Below are positions 52,582-61,296 of a DNA stretch of 64,000 nucleotides, one piece after another. Source of the stretch: a virus (taxonomy: Duplodnaviria; Heunggongvirae; Uroviricota; Caudoviricetes); IMG/VR virus record IMGVR_UViG_3300038393_001148, one strand, 5' to 3'. A model generated the notes under the pieces. That model had not been told where the DNA came from. It saw nothing but the letters and a program-made list of their open reading frames with translations, and did no database searches. Position numbers and translations under genes: made by a program. Every line of letters starts with the position of its first letter. Within the stretch, counting starts at the first letter, position 1.

Positions 52582-52822
52582 GTTTAAGGATCATTCTGCC
52601 TTCACTCGCACTCCGGAGCAAGAGGAGCACCTAGAAAGCCTGCGTAAGCAGGCTCTTGCTCCTACGCCCAGGGCACACGAGAAGGAGAAACGCGCAATGG
52701 AACGCAACGCCGCTATCGACATGCTGGAGGCGGCTGCCAACCTGCTGGACGAAAAGGAATTCGAGCGCGCCATTGATCTTATCCATCAAGCGCGTGACCT
52801 AATGAACGATGAGACCGTGTAA
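52574..52822 (+). CDS. Hypothetical protein
   Basis: ORF from MSEFKDH, GGAGGAG SD. Confidence 0.55.
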   Translation: MSEFKDHSAFTRTPEQEEHLESLRKQALAPTPRAHEKEKRAMERNAAIDMLEAAANLLDEKEFERAIDLIHQARDLMNDETV

Positions 52823-52932
52823 TATGCTAAAATCATTGCTTCGTTGGGGTAGCGATAAAGTACTCGATCTTCTTTTGGGAGAGAAAGAAGAGTTCGATTA
52901 CGTCTCAACTACCGCGCCGCCTCCCATTCCTA

Positions 52933-53193
52933 ATGAACTATAAGCGTATTCTCTATTTTCCACGTCTTGTTTTTCAGATTTTTAGCCAGATTGTTTACTA
53001 CACCCTAACGGAGGCTGACACTTTCCTGTTGGCGTTGGTAAGCGTGTTATGGGGCCTCCAGGAGGGTTGGTTATGGGGTCTTATCGTGTTTTTCTCCGTC
53101 TACCTCGCGATAAGATTGGCGGGCATGTATATTGGACTACTAGCTTCCAAATTACATCGTCTCTCAGAGGTAATGGATAAGGAGAACCAATGA
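52933..53193 (+). CDS. Small membrane protein
   Basis: Hydrophobic 86 aa ORF. Confidence 0.6.
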   Translation: MNYKRILYFPRLVFQIFSQIVYYTLTEADTFLLALVSVLWGLQEGWLWGLIVFFSVYLAIRLAGMYIGLLASKLHRLSEVMDKENQ

Positions 53194-53750
53194 CTAATCT
53201 TCCAATGAATTGTCGTGTCGCTCTGCGTGATGGGGCGGACAATGTGTACATTTACGCCATGGCGGGGACCGAGGGATGGGTCCGAGCCCACAAGCTTGAC
53301 GATGAGGGTTTTGATCTTGTCAAGATCGAGTGGGATAAGCAACATTGGAGATATAACGGCCAACCCGATGGTTGGACCTACGCTGACCACTTCTACATTG
53401 TCGGGCCTCCCACCCCTCCCAAGCAAGAGGAAGAAGAGGGCGAGGTCCAGCTTCCCGAGATGCCCGCCTCCGAGAGTGAGCTAGACGAATATGTCGATGT
53501 CTTGACGCAGGCCATGGATGCGGCATCCGAATCCGAGGGCTTTATCATGTTGGCCGTCAAGCGGGCTCCGAATCCAGAGAAGCCCGACGAGATCATGTTC
53601 ATTCCCCAGATCTATCAGCACGCGGTCTCAAAGGAGGCCGCGCTCCTGTTGGACATGCAGATCGCCGAGGTGGCTGCTTCGAGCTATCAGGAGTTGGTCT
53701 TCAACATGATGCAGGCCATGAAGTCGGACGAGGGCGACGATGAATCCTGA
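53190..53750 (+). CDS. Hypothetical protein
   Basis: 186 aa ORF. Confidence 0.65.
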   Translation: MTNLPMNCRVALRDGADNVYIYAMAGTEGWVRAHKLDDEGFDLVKIEWDKQHWRYNGQPDGWTYADHFYIVGPPTPPKQEEEEGEVQLPEMPASESELDEYVDVLTQAMDAASESEGFIMLAVKRAPNPEKPDEIMFIPQIYQHAVSKEAALLLDMQIAEVAASSYQELVFNMMQAMKSDEGDDES

Positions 53751-53949
53751 CGAATCGGTCAAGCCCGATGATGTCGAGGAGTGCCGCTGTTGCAAGAACG
53801 CCAGGATCAACGAGGGCAAGCCTGCCCGTCTCCTCTTCGCGGTCAGCATGAAGGGCCTTCCTGATTATCTTCTCTGCGATTTTTGCGACGGAGACGCCCT
53901 GCGCATGGCGAAGGACAAAGAAGCAAAGCGCATGGCTTCGGGCGAGTAA
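53740..53949 (+). CDS. Small Cys-rich protein
   Basis: CRCC...CDFC. Confidence 0.55.
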   Translation: MNPDESVKPDDVEECRCCKNARINEGKPARLLFAVSMKGLPDYLLCDFCDGDALRMAKDKEAKRMASGE

Positions 53950-53956
53950 ATAATGA

Positions 53957-56305
53957 ATGTTGCCCGAAGTTCACGAAGTTGCCGGTAGGGGAGAACACAG
54001 TCGCCCAGGGCGACCCATTCTCTACTATCCTCACGCGCGCCAGGTCTACCTAGGACCGGAGGGTTGGTATCACCAACAGATGATGCTGGCTCATACGTAT
54101 AACCACGGCAAGTCCCTCCCTCCGGGGGAGCCTATGCGTGCGGTCTTGCATCAGGATGGCTATCTCGACACGTACGATGAGGTGCCCGAGGAGGTCTCTA
54201 CGGTGCTAGAGCAGCATACCGGCCTTCCCGTCAACGCCACGCCGCCTCAGTGGCGCACCGACAACAACTTGTGGAAGGAAGCCGATCTCGTTGGTGACGC
54301 TTTCCCCGGCCAGGAGCCTCAGGCTATCGCCGATCAGGCTGTAGCGCCGGATCGACACCGCGACTGGAATCCGACCCAGGAATACAAGTTCGTATATGCC
54401 AACGGCCAGCTTCATGTCTCAGAAGAGCATGAACATGAAGAGCTATTCGGTCATGCTGGCGTTCCCGACCTGACTCAGCACGCCGGTCCTATGGCGGTTG
54501 GACATATCCACGTAGACATGGGCAAGGCCACCTTCGAGATGGACTCCAACATCGGAGCCCAGGCCATCGCCCGTGTGCTCAAGGACTATGCCAAGCAACA
54601 GGGCTGGCGCTGGGGTGGGATGACGGACGCGAGCGGAGAGCCGGTTGGCACCGGATCGGAGTTCGCCCCGGTTAAGAGCTACTACTTCTCCTGCGTAAAT
54701 CAAGGACCTGCCACCGAACAGGAGCTAAGAATTGCAAGTAAGCGTCTTAATTCGTCCTTCAATGGCGTTGTCCACGTCGATCCTCCCTACGCGGACGCTC
54801 GTCCGCTTACGCGCGAGAACTACGCTGCGCTGAAGGAGTTCGCCGACGACCGTGGCTTACAGTTGGTGGCCGGTAATGATAATGTCCTTAAGAAGATCGA
54901 AGACCTAGAACAGGGCAATACATACAGCCCAGAGTGGAATGACGAGGATGACCATTTCACGATGCAGAGCCCCAAGGACGAGCGCCAGCCTGGCGGCGTC
55001 TACAAGTGCCCTCACTGCGGTCAGATCTTCCACTCATGGGGAATTTATCTACGCCATCGTTCCGAGGAAGAGCCTCCAGGAGACGAGTCCCCCGAGACCC
55101 ATGTAGACGAGTTTAGGAACATGGATGTTCCGATGCCTCCGCATTTCCATGACCAGCCCTCGTTTACCGAGGCGAAGCTGGCTCAAGATCTCCCACGGGT
55201 CGTTGATCTGCAAGAGGACGACTTCAACGTTCCTCCTACCAAGGATTTCAAAAACTATGGTTGGCGTAGGCCGGTAATTTATTACCCTGAGCATAACGTG
55301 GTTGGGCTTGGCCCTCATGGTTCTTATCATTGGGACGTGCATGACACCATGCGCAACTTGCATCACGACTTAGGGCGCGATTATCGTGGGTGGGTTTCCG
55401 TCGAGCCTCATGAATATACGCATCCAAGTGAGATGGATCGTCCGAGAGGATTTCATATGAGACAGGGAGACAACGCCATGATTCATGGTGTCCAACAGGC
55501 TCTCATTCCTCATGTGCCTGAGGCGCAGACCTATATTGCCAACCCTCACGGTGGAGATTCTGAGTGGATCACCGGCAAGGTGGCAATGGAGATCCCGAAG
55601 GTGATTAACATTACCGACGCTGACGGAGGGATGCAGAATGATCAGGCTAACTACGGTTGGCGTCGTCCCGTGCTGTACCACCCGGCAACAGATACTCTAG
55701 CCATCGGACCTACTGGGGCCTATCACTATAACCTCGTACATGCTTTGCAGGATCAAGGCTATCGTGGACAGGGCCTACAGCATTTCGATGAGGGATGGGT
55801 CTCTGTGGCGGAACCCCATCCTGAAGCGTATGATCAGGATCGTCCGCGAGGCTTTCATATGAGGTATACCGAGGCCACTACGGGACGACTCCAACAGGCG
55901 CTTATTCCTCACGCCCCGGAAGCTGCAAATTACATCGAAGACCCTCACGATGAGGATAGTATGTGGATGACCGGCAAGGTTGCAGTGTCGGCTCCCCAGG
56001 CCAAGGATCTCATACAAGCCGCGATCCCGTTCATCTATGACATCGACAAGGACACCATAGATGTAGGACAACCGGGAATGCGTACCTCCGACATCCCCGG
56101 ACAGTTCACCCCCGGAGGCATCGTGGAAGGACGTTATGAGCCAGGCGGCAAGGTATTCATCACGACGATGACCAATATGCCTTGGACGGCTCGCCATCTT
56201 CTAGAGTTATGGTACTACCAGTTTCCTCACATGGAAGTCCGCAGTCTTAATCTAGAGGATTCTGAGGGCAAGCGCACGAAGTTGGCAGAGTGGCAAGATG
56301 CTTGA
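53957..56305 (+). CDS. Modular protein: repeated PxxY-G-H domains plus a C2H2 zinc finger
   Basis: At least four copies of the repeat; YKCPHCGQIF...H. Confidence 0.7.
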   Translation: MLPEVHEVAGRGEHSRPGRPILYYPHARQVYLGPEGWYHQQMMLAHTYNHGKSLPPGEPMRAVLHQDGYLDTYDEVPEEVSTVLEQHTGLPVNATPPQWRTDNNLWKEADLVGDAFPGQEPQAIADQAVAPDRHRDWNPTQEYKFVYANGQLHVSEEHEHEELFGHAGVPDLTQHAGPMAVGHIHVDMGKATFEMDSNIGAQAIARVLKDYAKQQGWRWGGMTDASGEPVGTGSEFAPVKSYYFSCVNQGPATEQELRIASKRLNSSFNGVVHVDPPYADARPLTRENYAALKEFADDRGLQLVAGNDNVLKKIEDLEQGNTYSPEWNDEDDHFTMQSPKDERQPGGVYKCPHCGQIFHSWGIYLRHRSEEEPPGDESPETHVDEFRNMDVPMPPHFHDQPSFTEAKLAQDLPRVVDLQEDDFNVPPTKDFKNYGWRRPVIYYPEHNVVGLGPHGSYHWDVHDTMRNLHHDLGRDYRGWVSVEPHEYTHPSEMDRPRGFHMRQGDNAMIHGVQQALIPHVPEAQTYIANPHGGDSEWITGKVAMEIPKVINITDADGGMQNDQANYGWRRPVLYHPATDTLAIGPTGAYHYNLVHALQDQGYRGQGLQHFDEGWVSVAEPHPEAYDQDRPRGFHMRYTEATTGRLQQALIPHAPEAANYIEDPHDEDSMWMTGKVAVSAPQAKDLIQAAIPFIYDIDKDTIDVGQPGMRTSDIPGQFTPGGIVEGRYEPGGKVFITTMTNMPWTARHLLELWYYQFPHMEVRSLNLEDSEGKRTKLAEWQDA

Positions 56306-59171
56306 GATCAAACCGGTACAGGACCATGGGAACTTTGACTATTCCCATGGGACGAACGACTTCCCGTTCATCTATGATCAGAAGACGCACGAGGTCCATG
56401 TCGGCCCACGCAATACATATCATACACATGTCTTTCCACAATACAAGTATGGGGATCCAGATGTGTACATGGGCCGAGCCGATGACGGTGCCACTGGTGG
56501 CCCCAGCGCTCGGGCAGCGGATGGCAGCGAACCCCACATCTACTGGTATAGATCGCCTCACCCCAGCGAGCAAGGAGAAGTAGAACACGTCCTTGGTCAG
56601 CATCTTGGGGTCGAAACGTTTCACAACCCTTGGGCTTCAGTAGATGAAGGCCTTTGGGCTGAGGCCAAGGTGTCTACCGACCTAGCACAAATTGAAGAGG
56701 TAAACACGGACCTCTATCCTGAGAAGATAGAGGATCAATGGACGCCTGATCGCAGGGCGCTCATCTACGATCACGGTCTCAACCGTCTGTTTGTCGGAGG
56801 TCCGGGAAGCTCCCATAGACAGGTATACGAGCATTTTGATAAGGTGCATCCGGACTGGGATCCCGACCACATTCTTGAGGGCAGCATCGACAAGAATGGA
56901 TCTCGATTCTGGGATGATGGTTATGTGGGCGTCCATCCCGCAAGGGCGTATGCCGCCATTAAGGAGCGATACGGGGTGAATCCCGATCCTTCTGCTGATC
57001 AATGGAGCGACGAGAGCCTTTGGTCTGAGGCTTCGGCCGCTAACCGGGTTGACGAAACAACGCCCGCTAATGGGCATTATGTAGATTCAAAGGTCGCAGC
57101 GGGTTGGCAGGATTGGGAGGAGGGTTGGGACCACCCGGATCTCAAGGATTACCCCGCTGACGGGATGCCGGATTTTAATGTCACCCCCGGCAACCCCAAT
57201 CTCCCTCTTTACCGATACGTCCACGTAGAGCACAACGACCCAGAGATTGATCGCCTCATGGAACAGGGTCAGCATTCGGATGCGTTTGAACGAATGATGC
57301 CCTACATCGCGGGAGATAGAAATCCTGACTGGGCAGGACACTCTTTAAAGAATCTAGGCATGCATTGGACTCATGATCCCTCATTGCCGCGTTTCATAAG
57401 TAACCAGAATAGTAATGGCGCAGGATCGCACGGAGTAATCCTCCGCGCTGAGCATCCCGGTCTTGAGCACACGATGAGTTGGGATAACCCTCAGGACGCC
57501 AAGCTTCTGCATAGCACGGTTTTTGGAGGCCCTGATGCGGGGGTTCATCCGGAAGTCGCGGTTCGTCCCAACGCCCCGATGAACATCAATTCCGCTTATG
57601 TTATGGACGATCAGGATAAGTGGAATAAGGTCCCGATCCGTTGGGGCCATTTCGCCAATAGACATGCAAACATTCTGGATCCTGTCCACGATACGCTTCC
57701 TCCCCTTGTATGGGACGAAGCGGGAAGTCCTACACCTAAGCTCAAGCCCCATCACAACGAGTGGATCACTCGCGAGATTCACGCGCTATGTAAGCAATTC
57801 CACCCGGACCCAGAAAAGTGGCTACGCCTCGTCCTCACGGGATCGCTGACCACCTACCAGTACAGCAACACGTCCGACTGCGATGTCTCGCTGTTTATCG
57901 ATCCGCACTTCCTCCCCGAATGGAGCCGAGGCAAGTTAATCGGGTTGATGATCAAGGGCCTTGACGGGATCAAGCTTCCTGGCACCCCATACGAGATGCA
58001 GGGCTTCGTCGTGGCGAAGACCATCTCCGCTGCCGATCTTTATCAGCCCGGCCTTCGGGCGGGCTACGACTTGAGCACCGACGAGTGGCTCGTTCCTCCG
58101 GACAAGAGCCGCTCCCACGATGTGGCCCGCGAATATAACTTGGACTACATCTACGCCCTGGAGTCCGCCGACAAGATGGAGCGGCTGCTCCGCTACGACC
58201 CGGACACGGCGGTCCGCTTCTGGCACCAGATCCACCACCGCCGCATGAGGGATCAGACCGCTGGCAAGGGCGACTTCTCGCAGGCCAACATCGTCTACAA
58301 GATGCTTAACAATCGGGGCCTCTTCCCGGCGATTGAGCAAGCCTCCGGGGAACATATTGCGGCGCTTGATCATCAAGCCGTTCTGCTCCAAAACCAGGGT
58401 CAAAATCTTCAGGGACTTCCCGGACAGATCAACATGCCCGGTTATGGCCCACTCCAATTCCATAGCCACAGCGGCATCCAGAACGTTGCTAGTAGCTATG
58501 CCCAGTCTCGCGGGTTGCCGTACAACCGCCCTACGGACTATCGTAGGGTCGATCCCGCCATGGCGGCTGCGGTTGCCTCTGAATACGACAGGATGCCTCA
58601 TAACCCGAACGACCCCCAGGTGAAGGCGTCCTACGATGCGCTCAAGCGGGAGACCCTCGACCAGTACAATCATGCGGTGCAACACGGATACAACTTTGAA
58701 TTCTATCCACAAGGACATGATCCTTATCCAGATTCTCCCCGCCAGGCCGTCCTAGACTTACACCATAACAAGCACATGTATGTATACCCGACGCATGACG
58801 GGTTTGGATCGAGCGATGACGTACCCACCGACCATCCTCTTCTAGAAGACACGGGCCTCAAATGGGGTGGAAGGCCTGTCACCTACAATGATGCCTTCCG
58901 TGCCATCCATGATTTTTATGGACACGCCAAGGAGGGTCTAGGATTCCGCGCTGATGGCGAAGATAACGCCTGGCAGCAGCATGCTGCGATGTTCTCACCA
59001 TTGGCTCGCCCGGCGATGACGACTGAGACACGAGGCCAAAATTCATGGGTAAACTTCGGCCCCCATGGGGACCATAATCGCACGGCGACACAGGACACGA
59101 CGGTCTACGCTCCTCAGAAAGCTGGTATCATGCCTGAGTGGACGATGGACCCTAACTTGCATACATCATGA
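56298..59171 (+). CDS. Polyvalent-type protein: two repeat domains, ART-like, nucleotidyltransferase and HDxxGH domains
   Basis: LYRY..GMHWTHD..PEV; LTGS..SDCDVSL; AIHDFYGH..GEDNAW..TETRGQNSWVNFGP. Confidence 0.7.
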   Translation: MLEIKPVQDHGNFDYSHGTNDFPFIYDQKTHEVHVGPRNTYHTHVFPQYKYGDPDVYMGRADDGATGGPSARAADGSEPHIYWYRSPHPSEQGEVEHVLGQHLGVETFHNPWASVDEGLWAEAKVSTDLAQIEEVNTDLYPEKIEDQWTPDRRALIYDHGLNRLFVGGPGSSHRQVYEHFDKVHPDWDPDHILEGSIDKNGSRFWDDGYVGVHPARAYAAIKERYGVNPDPSADQWSDESLWSEASAANRVDETTPANGHYVDSKVAAGWQDWEEGWDHPDLKDYPADGMPDFNVTPGNPNLPLYRYVHVEHNDPEIDRLMEQGQHSDAFERMMPYIAGDRNPDWAGHSLKNLGMHWTHDPSLPRFISNQNSNGAGSHGVILRAEHPGLEHTMSWDNPQDAKLLHSTVFGGPDAGVHPEVAVRPNAPMNINSAYVMDDQDKWNKVPIRWGHFANRHANILDPVHDTLPPLVWDEAGSPTPKLKPHHNEWITREIHALCKQFHPDPEKWLRLVLTGSLTTYQYSNTSDCDVSLFIDPHFLPEWSRGKLIGLMIKGLDGIKLPGTPYEMQGFVVAKTISAADLYQPGLRAGYDLSTDEWLVPPDKSRSHDVAREYNLDYIYALESADKMERLLRYDPDTAVRFWHQIHHRRMRDQTAGKGDFSQANIVYKMLNNRGLFPAIEQASGEHIAALDHQAVLLQNQGQNLQGLPGQINMPGYGPLQFHSHSGIQNVASSYAQSRGLPYNRPTDYRRVDPAMAAAVASEYDRMPHNPNDPQVKASYDALKRETLDQYNHAVQHGYNFEFYPQGHDPYPDSPRQAVLDLHHNKHMYVYPTHDGFGSSDDVPTDHPLLEDTGLKWGGRPVTYNDAFRAIHDFYGHAKEGLGFRADGEDNAWQQHAAMFSPLARPAMTTETRGQNSWVNFGPHGDHNRTATQDTTVYAPQKAGIMPEWTMDPNLHTS

Positions 59172-59629
59172 CTCACTGGGAAGAAGATAATCTAGAAGAG
59201 CCTCTAGTCGAGGTTAATACGCATGCGCGAAGGAAGACGAAGACTCCTCCGCACACGGGCTCGTATAAGCCGCGCGTGTTGTTCAATAAGTTTCGGCCCG
59301 AGAGTATGCATCCTAAGGGTCCGGACGGATCGGAGATGCCGTTTATCTACGATCCCGCAGATGGCATAGTCCATCTTGGCCCTCCCGAGGCTTACCATCA
59401 CGAACTTATCGCGCGTACGCCCGAGCTAAAGACCCAGTATCCGCCGCTCACCAAAGCGCCCTTCCTGGAACGCCCCGAGCATGTCCACGGCCGGATGACG
59501 TGGCCGGGCAAGCAAACCGTGGTCTTCGGGGACCATACCCCCGAGCGCATCGCGGAGCTAAATGCGGCCCTGGGCTCCACGCCTAAGGAAAATCCTGCGC
59601 TGGCCGACGACGACCTCTGGCAAGATTAG
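59168..59629 (+). CDS. Single-copy PxxY-G-H repeat-domain protein
   Basis: PFIYDPADGIVHLGPPEAYH. Confidence 0.7.
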   Translation: MTHWEEDNLEEPLVEVNTHARRKTKTPPHTGSYKPRVLFNKFRPESMHPKGPDGSEMPFIYDPADGIVHLGPPEAYHHELIARTPELKTQYPPLTKAPFLERPEHVHGRMTWPGKQTVVFGDHTPERIAELNAALGSTPKENPALADDDLWQD

Positions 59630-59631
59630 CC

Positions 59632-59660
59632 TTGACATCCTAAGCTGAGCCTGCTAAGGT
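59632..59660 (+). promoter_or_regulatory. SigA-like promoter
   Basis: TTGACA-N17-TAAGGT. Confidence 0.7.
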
Positions 59661-59664
59661 GGTC

Positions 59665-59950
59665 GCCGTCGCAGATCTCTGCGATATTCACTTATGCGGA
59701 TCTTCCTGACAACCGGCCCGTTCAGACTTTCCTGGATCGAAACTACAGTTTGGTTTCTCCAGCAGGAGTCGGAACGGAGAGGCGGGAACCTCGTTGAAGT
59801 TCAACGGGCCTCTAACCTAATTGGGCCATGGGTGCCCGTAAGAGGCTCGCCGGGTCAGTCTGACCTAGCTTTGATTTTGAGTGACTATTGTGTATTCTTT
59901 GGGGTTAGGATAGTGCAGGGCGGGAACCCTGCGGCCCTCGTATTTGATGA
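59665..59950 (+). ncRNA. Structured RNA candidate (~290 nt)
   Basis: Follows a promoter; GGCCCGTT/AACGGGCC helix; two GGCGGGAACC hairpins; no credible ORF. Confidence 0.45.
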
Positions 59951-59961
59951 TAACGAAGTAC

Positions 59962-60010
59962 CCTGTGGTTTATCTGTTTGTCGCTATCCACTTGACAGAT
60001 AAACCACAGG
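59962..60010. repeat. Perfect 16-bp inverted repeat overlapping a promoter
   Basis: CCTGTGGTTTATCTGT-N17-ACAGATAAACCACAGG. Confidence 0.85.
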
Positions 60011-60020
60011 CTGGTATCTT
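59992..60020 (+). promoter_or_regulatory. SigA-like promoter
   Basis: TTGACA-N17-TATCTT. Confidence 0.65.
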
Positions 60021-60247
60021 GAAGGAAGGTCGGCCTACCTTAACAGCCCTCATGTCCTAGCTCATGAGTATATATTACGTTCCGGGTACTAGGTGCCGGT
60101 GTCTGAGACGAGAGGGGCGGGAACCCCGTAACGTTTGGTTCCTTATATGAGTCATTCGTTAGACCGCTCAGGCTAAGGGTGAGACCATACTGAGCCTCAA
60201 GCTCTGCCACTAAATTAGGCATCTGGAGAAGTATGGTACATAGCCGA

Positions 60248-60343
60248 GAAGGGTCCGCTGGATCAGGGTTTGAATCCCTCAGCGGGGTGGAAGCAGATTT
60301 GCTTGCCTGCTCAGCCTCCGCGATCACATAAGGCGGACCCTTT
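60248..60343 (+). ncRNA. Structured RNA with a T-loop hairpin
   Basis: 11-bp GAAGGGTCCGC/GCGGACCCTTT stem; AGGG-TTTGAAT-CCCT. Confidence 0.45.
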
Positions 60344-60351
60344 CTAGTTCC

Positions 60352-60380
60352 TTGACAAATCTTACCTGAGACGTTATCAT
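60352..60380 (+). promoter_or_regulatory. SigA-like promoter, near-leaderless
   Basis: TTGACA-N17-TATCAT, ATG 7 nt later. Confidence 0.7.
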
Positions 60381-60387
60381 AGTCCCC

Positions 60388-60927
60388 ATGAGCCGGGTAA
60401 GATTTGGCCTCCTAAGCCTCCTCCTGTTCTTCGTCCTCTCGGCCTCAGCCTCGGCTGACCGAGTGTACTTCGACGCCTGGAAGGTCGGCCAGCAGGCTGC
60501 AATCACCCACTGGGGAGGAAATCCTCCCTGCGGCGAGCCCGTCTTCGAGCGCATCCCGGACGACAAATGGCTCGACACCATCGGGCTGGCCGCGCCGATC
60601 ACGGTGGAAGACCACCCGGCCGCAGCCTACAAGGACACCTGTCGAGTTATTTACAACTCGACAATGTTCCGCTACGACCCGCTGACCCTCTGCACCATCA
60701 TCGTCCATGAGTACGGGCACCTATGGGGTCACGCGCACACGCAGGATCCCAAAGACATTATGTACGAGGGACCTGAGCAGCCGGATTGGGCGTGTCGCCG
60801 TCTCATGAAGCGCGCCCCTTACGCAGAGTATTGCAAACGGGCTCCCATTTCTGAACCCGGTCTACGGCTGACTGACTGTCGCACCATGTATGCTTGGAAA
60901 CTCCGCGCTCCGCTGCTAAATATGTGA
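60388..60927 (+). CDS. Secreted matrixin-like metallopeptidase
   Basis: Signal peptide; HEYGHLWGHAH and Met-turn DIMY. Confidence 0.8.
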   Translation: MSRVRFGLLSLLLFFVLSASASADRVYFDAWKVGQQAAITHWGGNPPCGEPVFERIPDDKWLDTIGLAAPITVEDHPAAAYKDTCRVIYNSTMFRYDPLTLCTIIVHEYGHLWGHAHTQDPKDIMYEGPEQPDWACRRLMKRAPYAEYCKRAPISEPGLRLTDCRTMYAWKLRAPLLNM

Positions 60928-61296
60928 GTGCCGAAGCGCGATAAGCGATACAGGGCAGCGGGCTCCAGGAAGGCTAAGGTCCGAGGAGTCTTTGTCGAGC
61001 ACGTCCGTCGAGATAAGCTACTGGCGCTATACTCCGGACGCTGTGGAATATGCGGCGATCACGTCAATCCCTACACCTTTACGGTTGACCATATCGTCCC
61101 CGCCTCGCGCGGAGGCGAGCACTCCTACGACAACTGCCAGCCCAGCCATCCGCTTTGCAATGCGCGCAAAGCGGACATGTCGCTAGAGGAATATGACCGC
61201 TTCTGGCCGGTTAAAGGGAAGAGGTATAAAAATCCCTATGTCAACCATGTGGACCGTCGAAAGCGCCGAAAAAAGTCATCCTCCCGTTCTTCCTGA
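60928..61296 (+). CDS. HNH endonuclease
   Basis: CGICG, VDHIVP.SRGG, NCQPSHPLCNARK. Confidence 0.9.
   Translation: MPKRDKRYRAAGSRKAKVRGVFVEHVRRDKLLALYSGRCGICGDHVNPYTFTVDHIVPASRGGEHSYDNCQPSHPLCNARKADMSLEEYDRFWPVKGKRYKNPYVNHVDRRKRRKKSSSRSS

Noticed and set aside
53740-53949. Eleventh member of the DYxC Zn-tag family (DYLLCDFC)
   Set aside because: Spacing differs, the terminal R is missing and the gene lies outside the tRNA island
59665-61296. HEARO/OMEGA-type RNA-guided HNH system (ncRNA island near an HNH gene)
   Set aside because: The HNH protein is only 122 aa, lacks RuvC and bridge-helix parts, and is separated from the RNAs by a promoter and a peptidase gene
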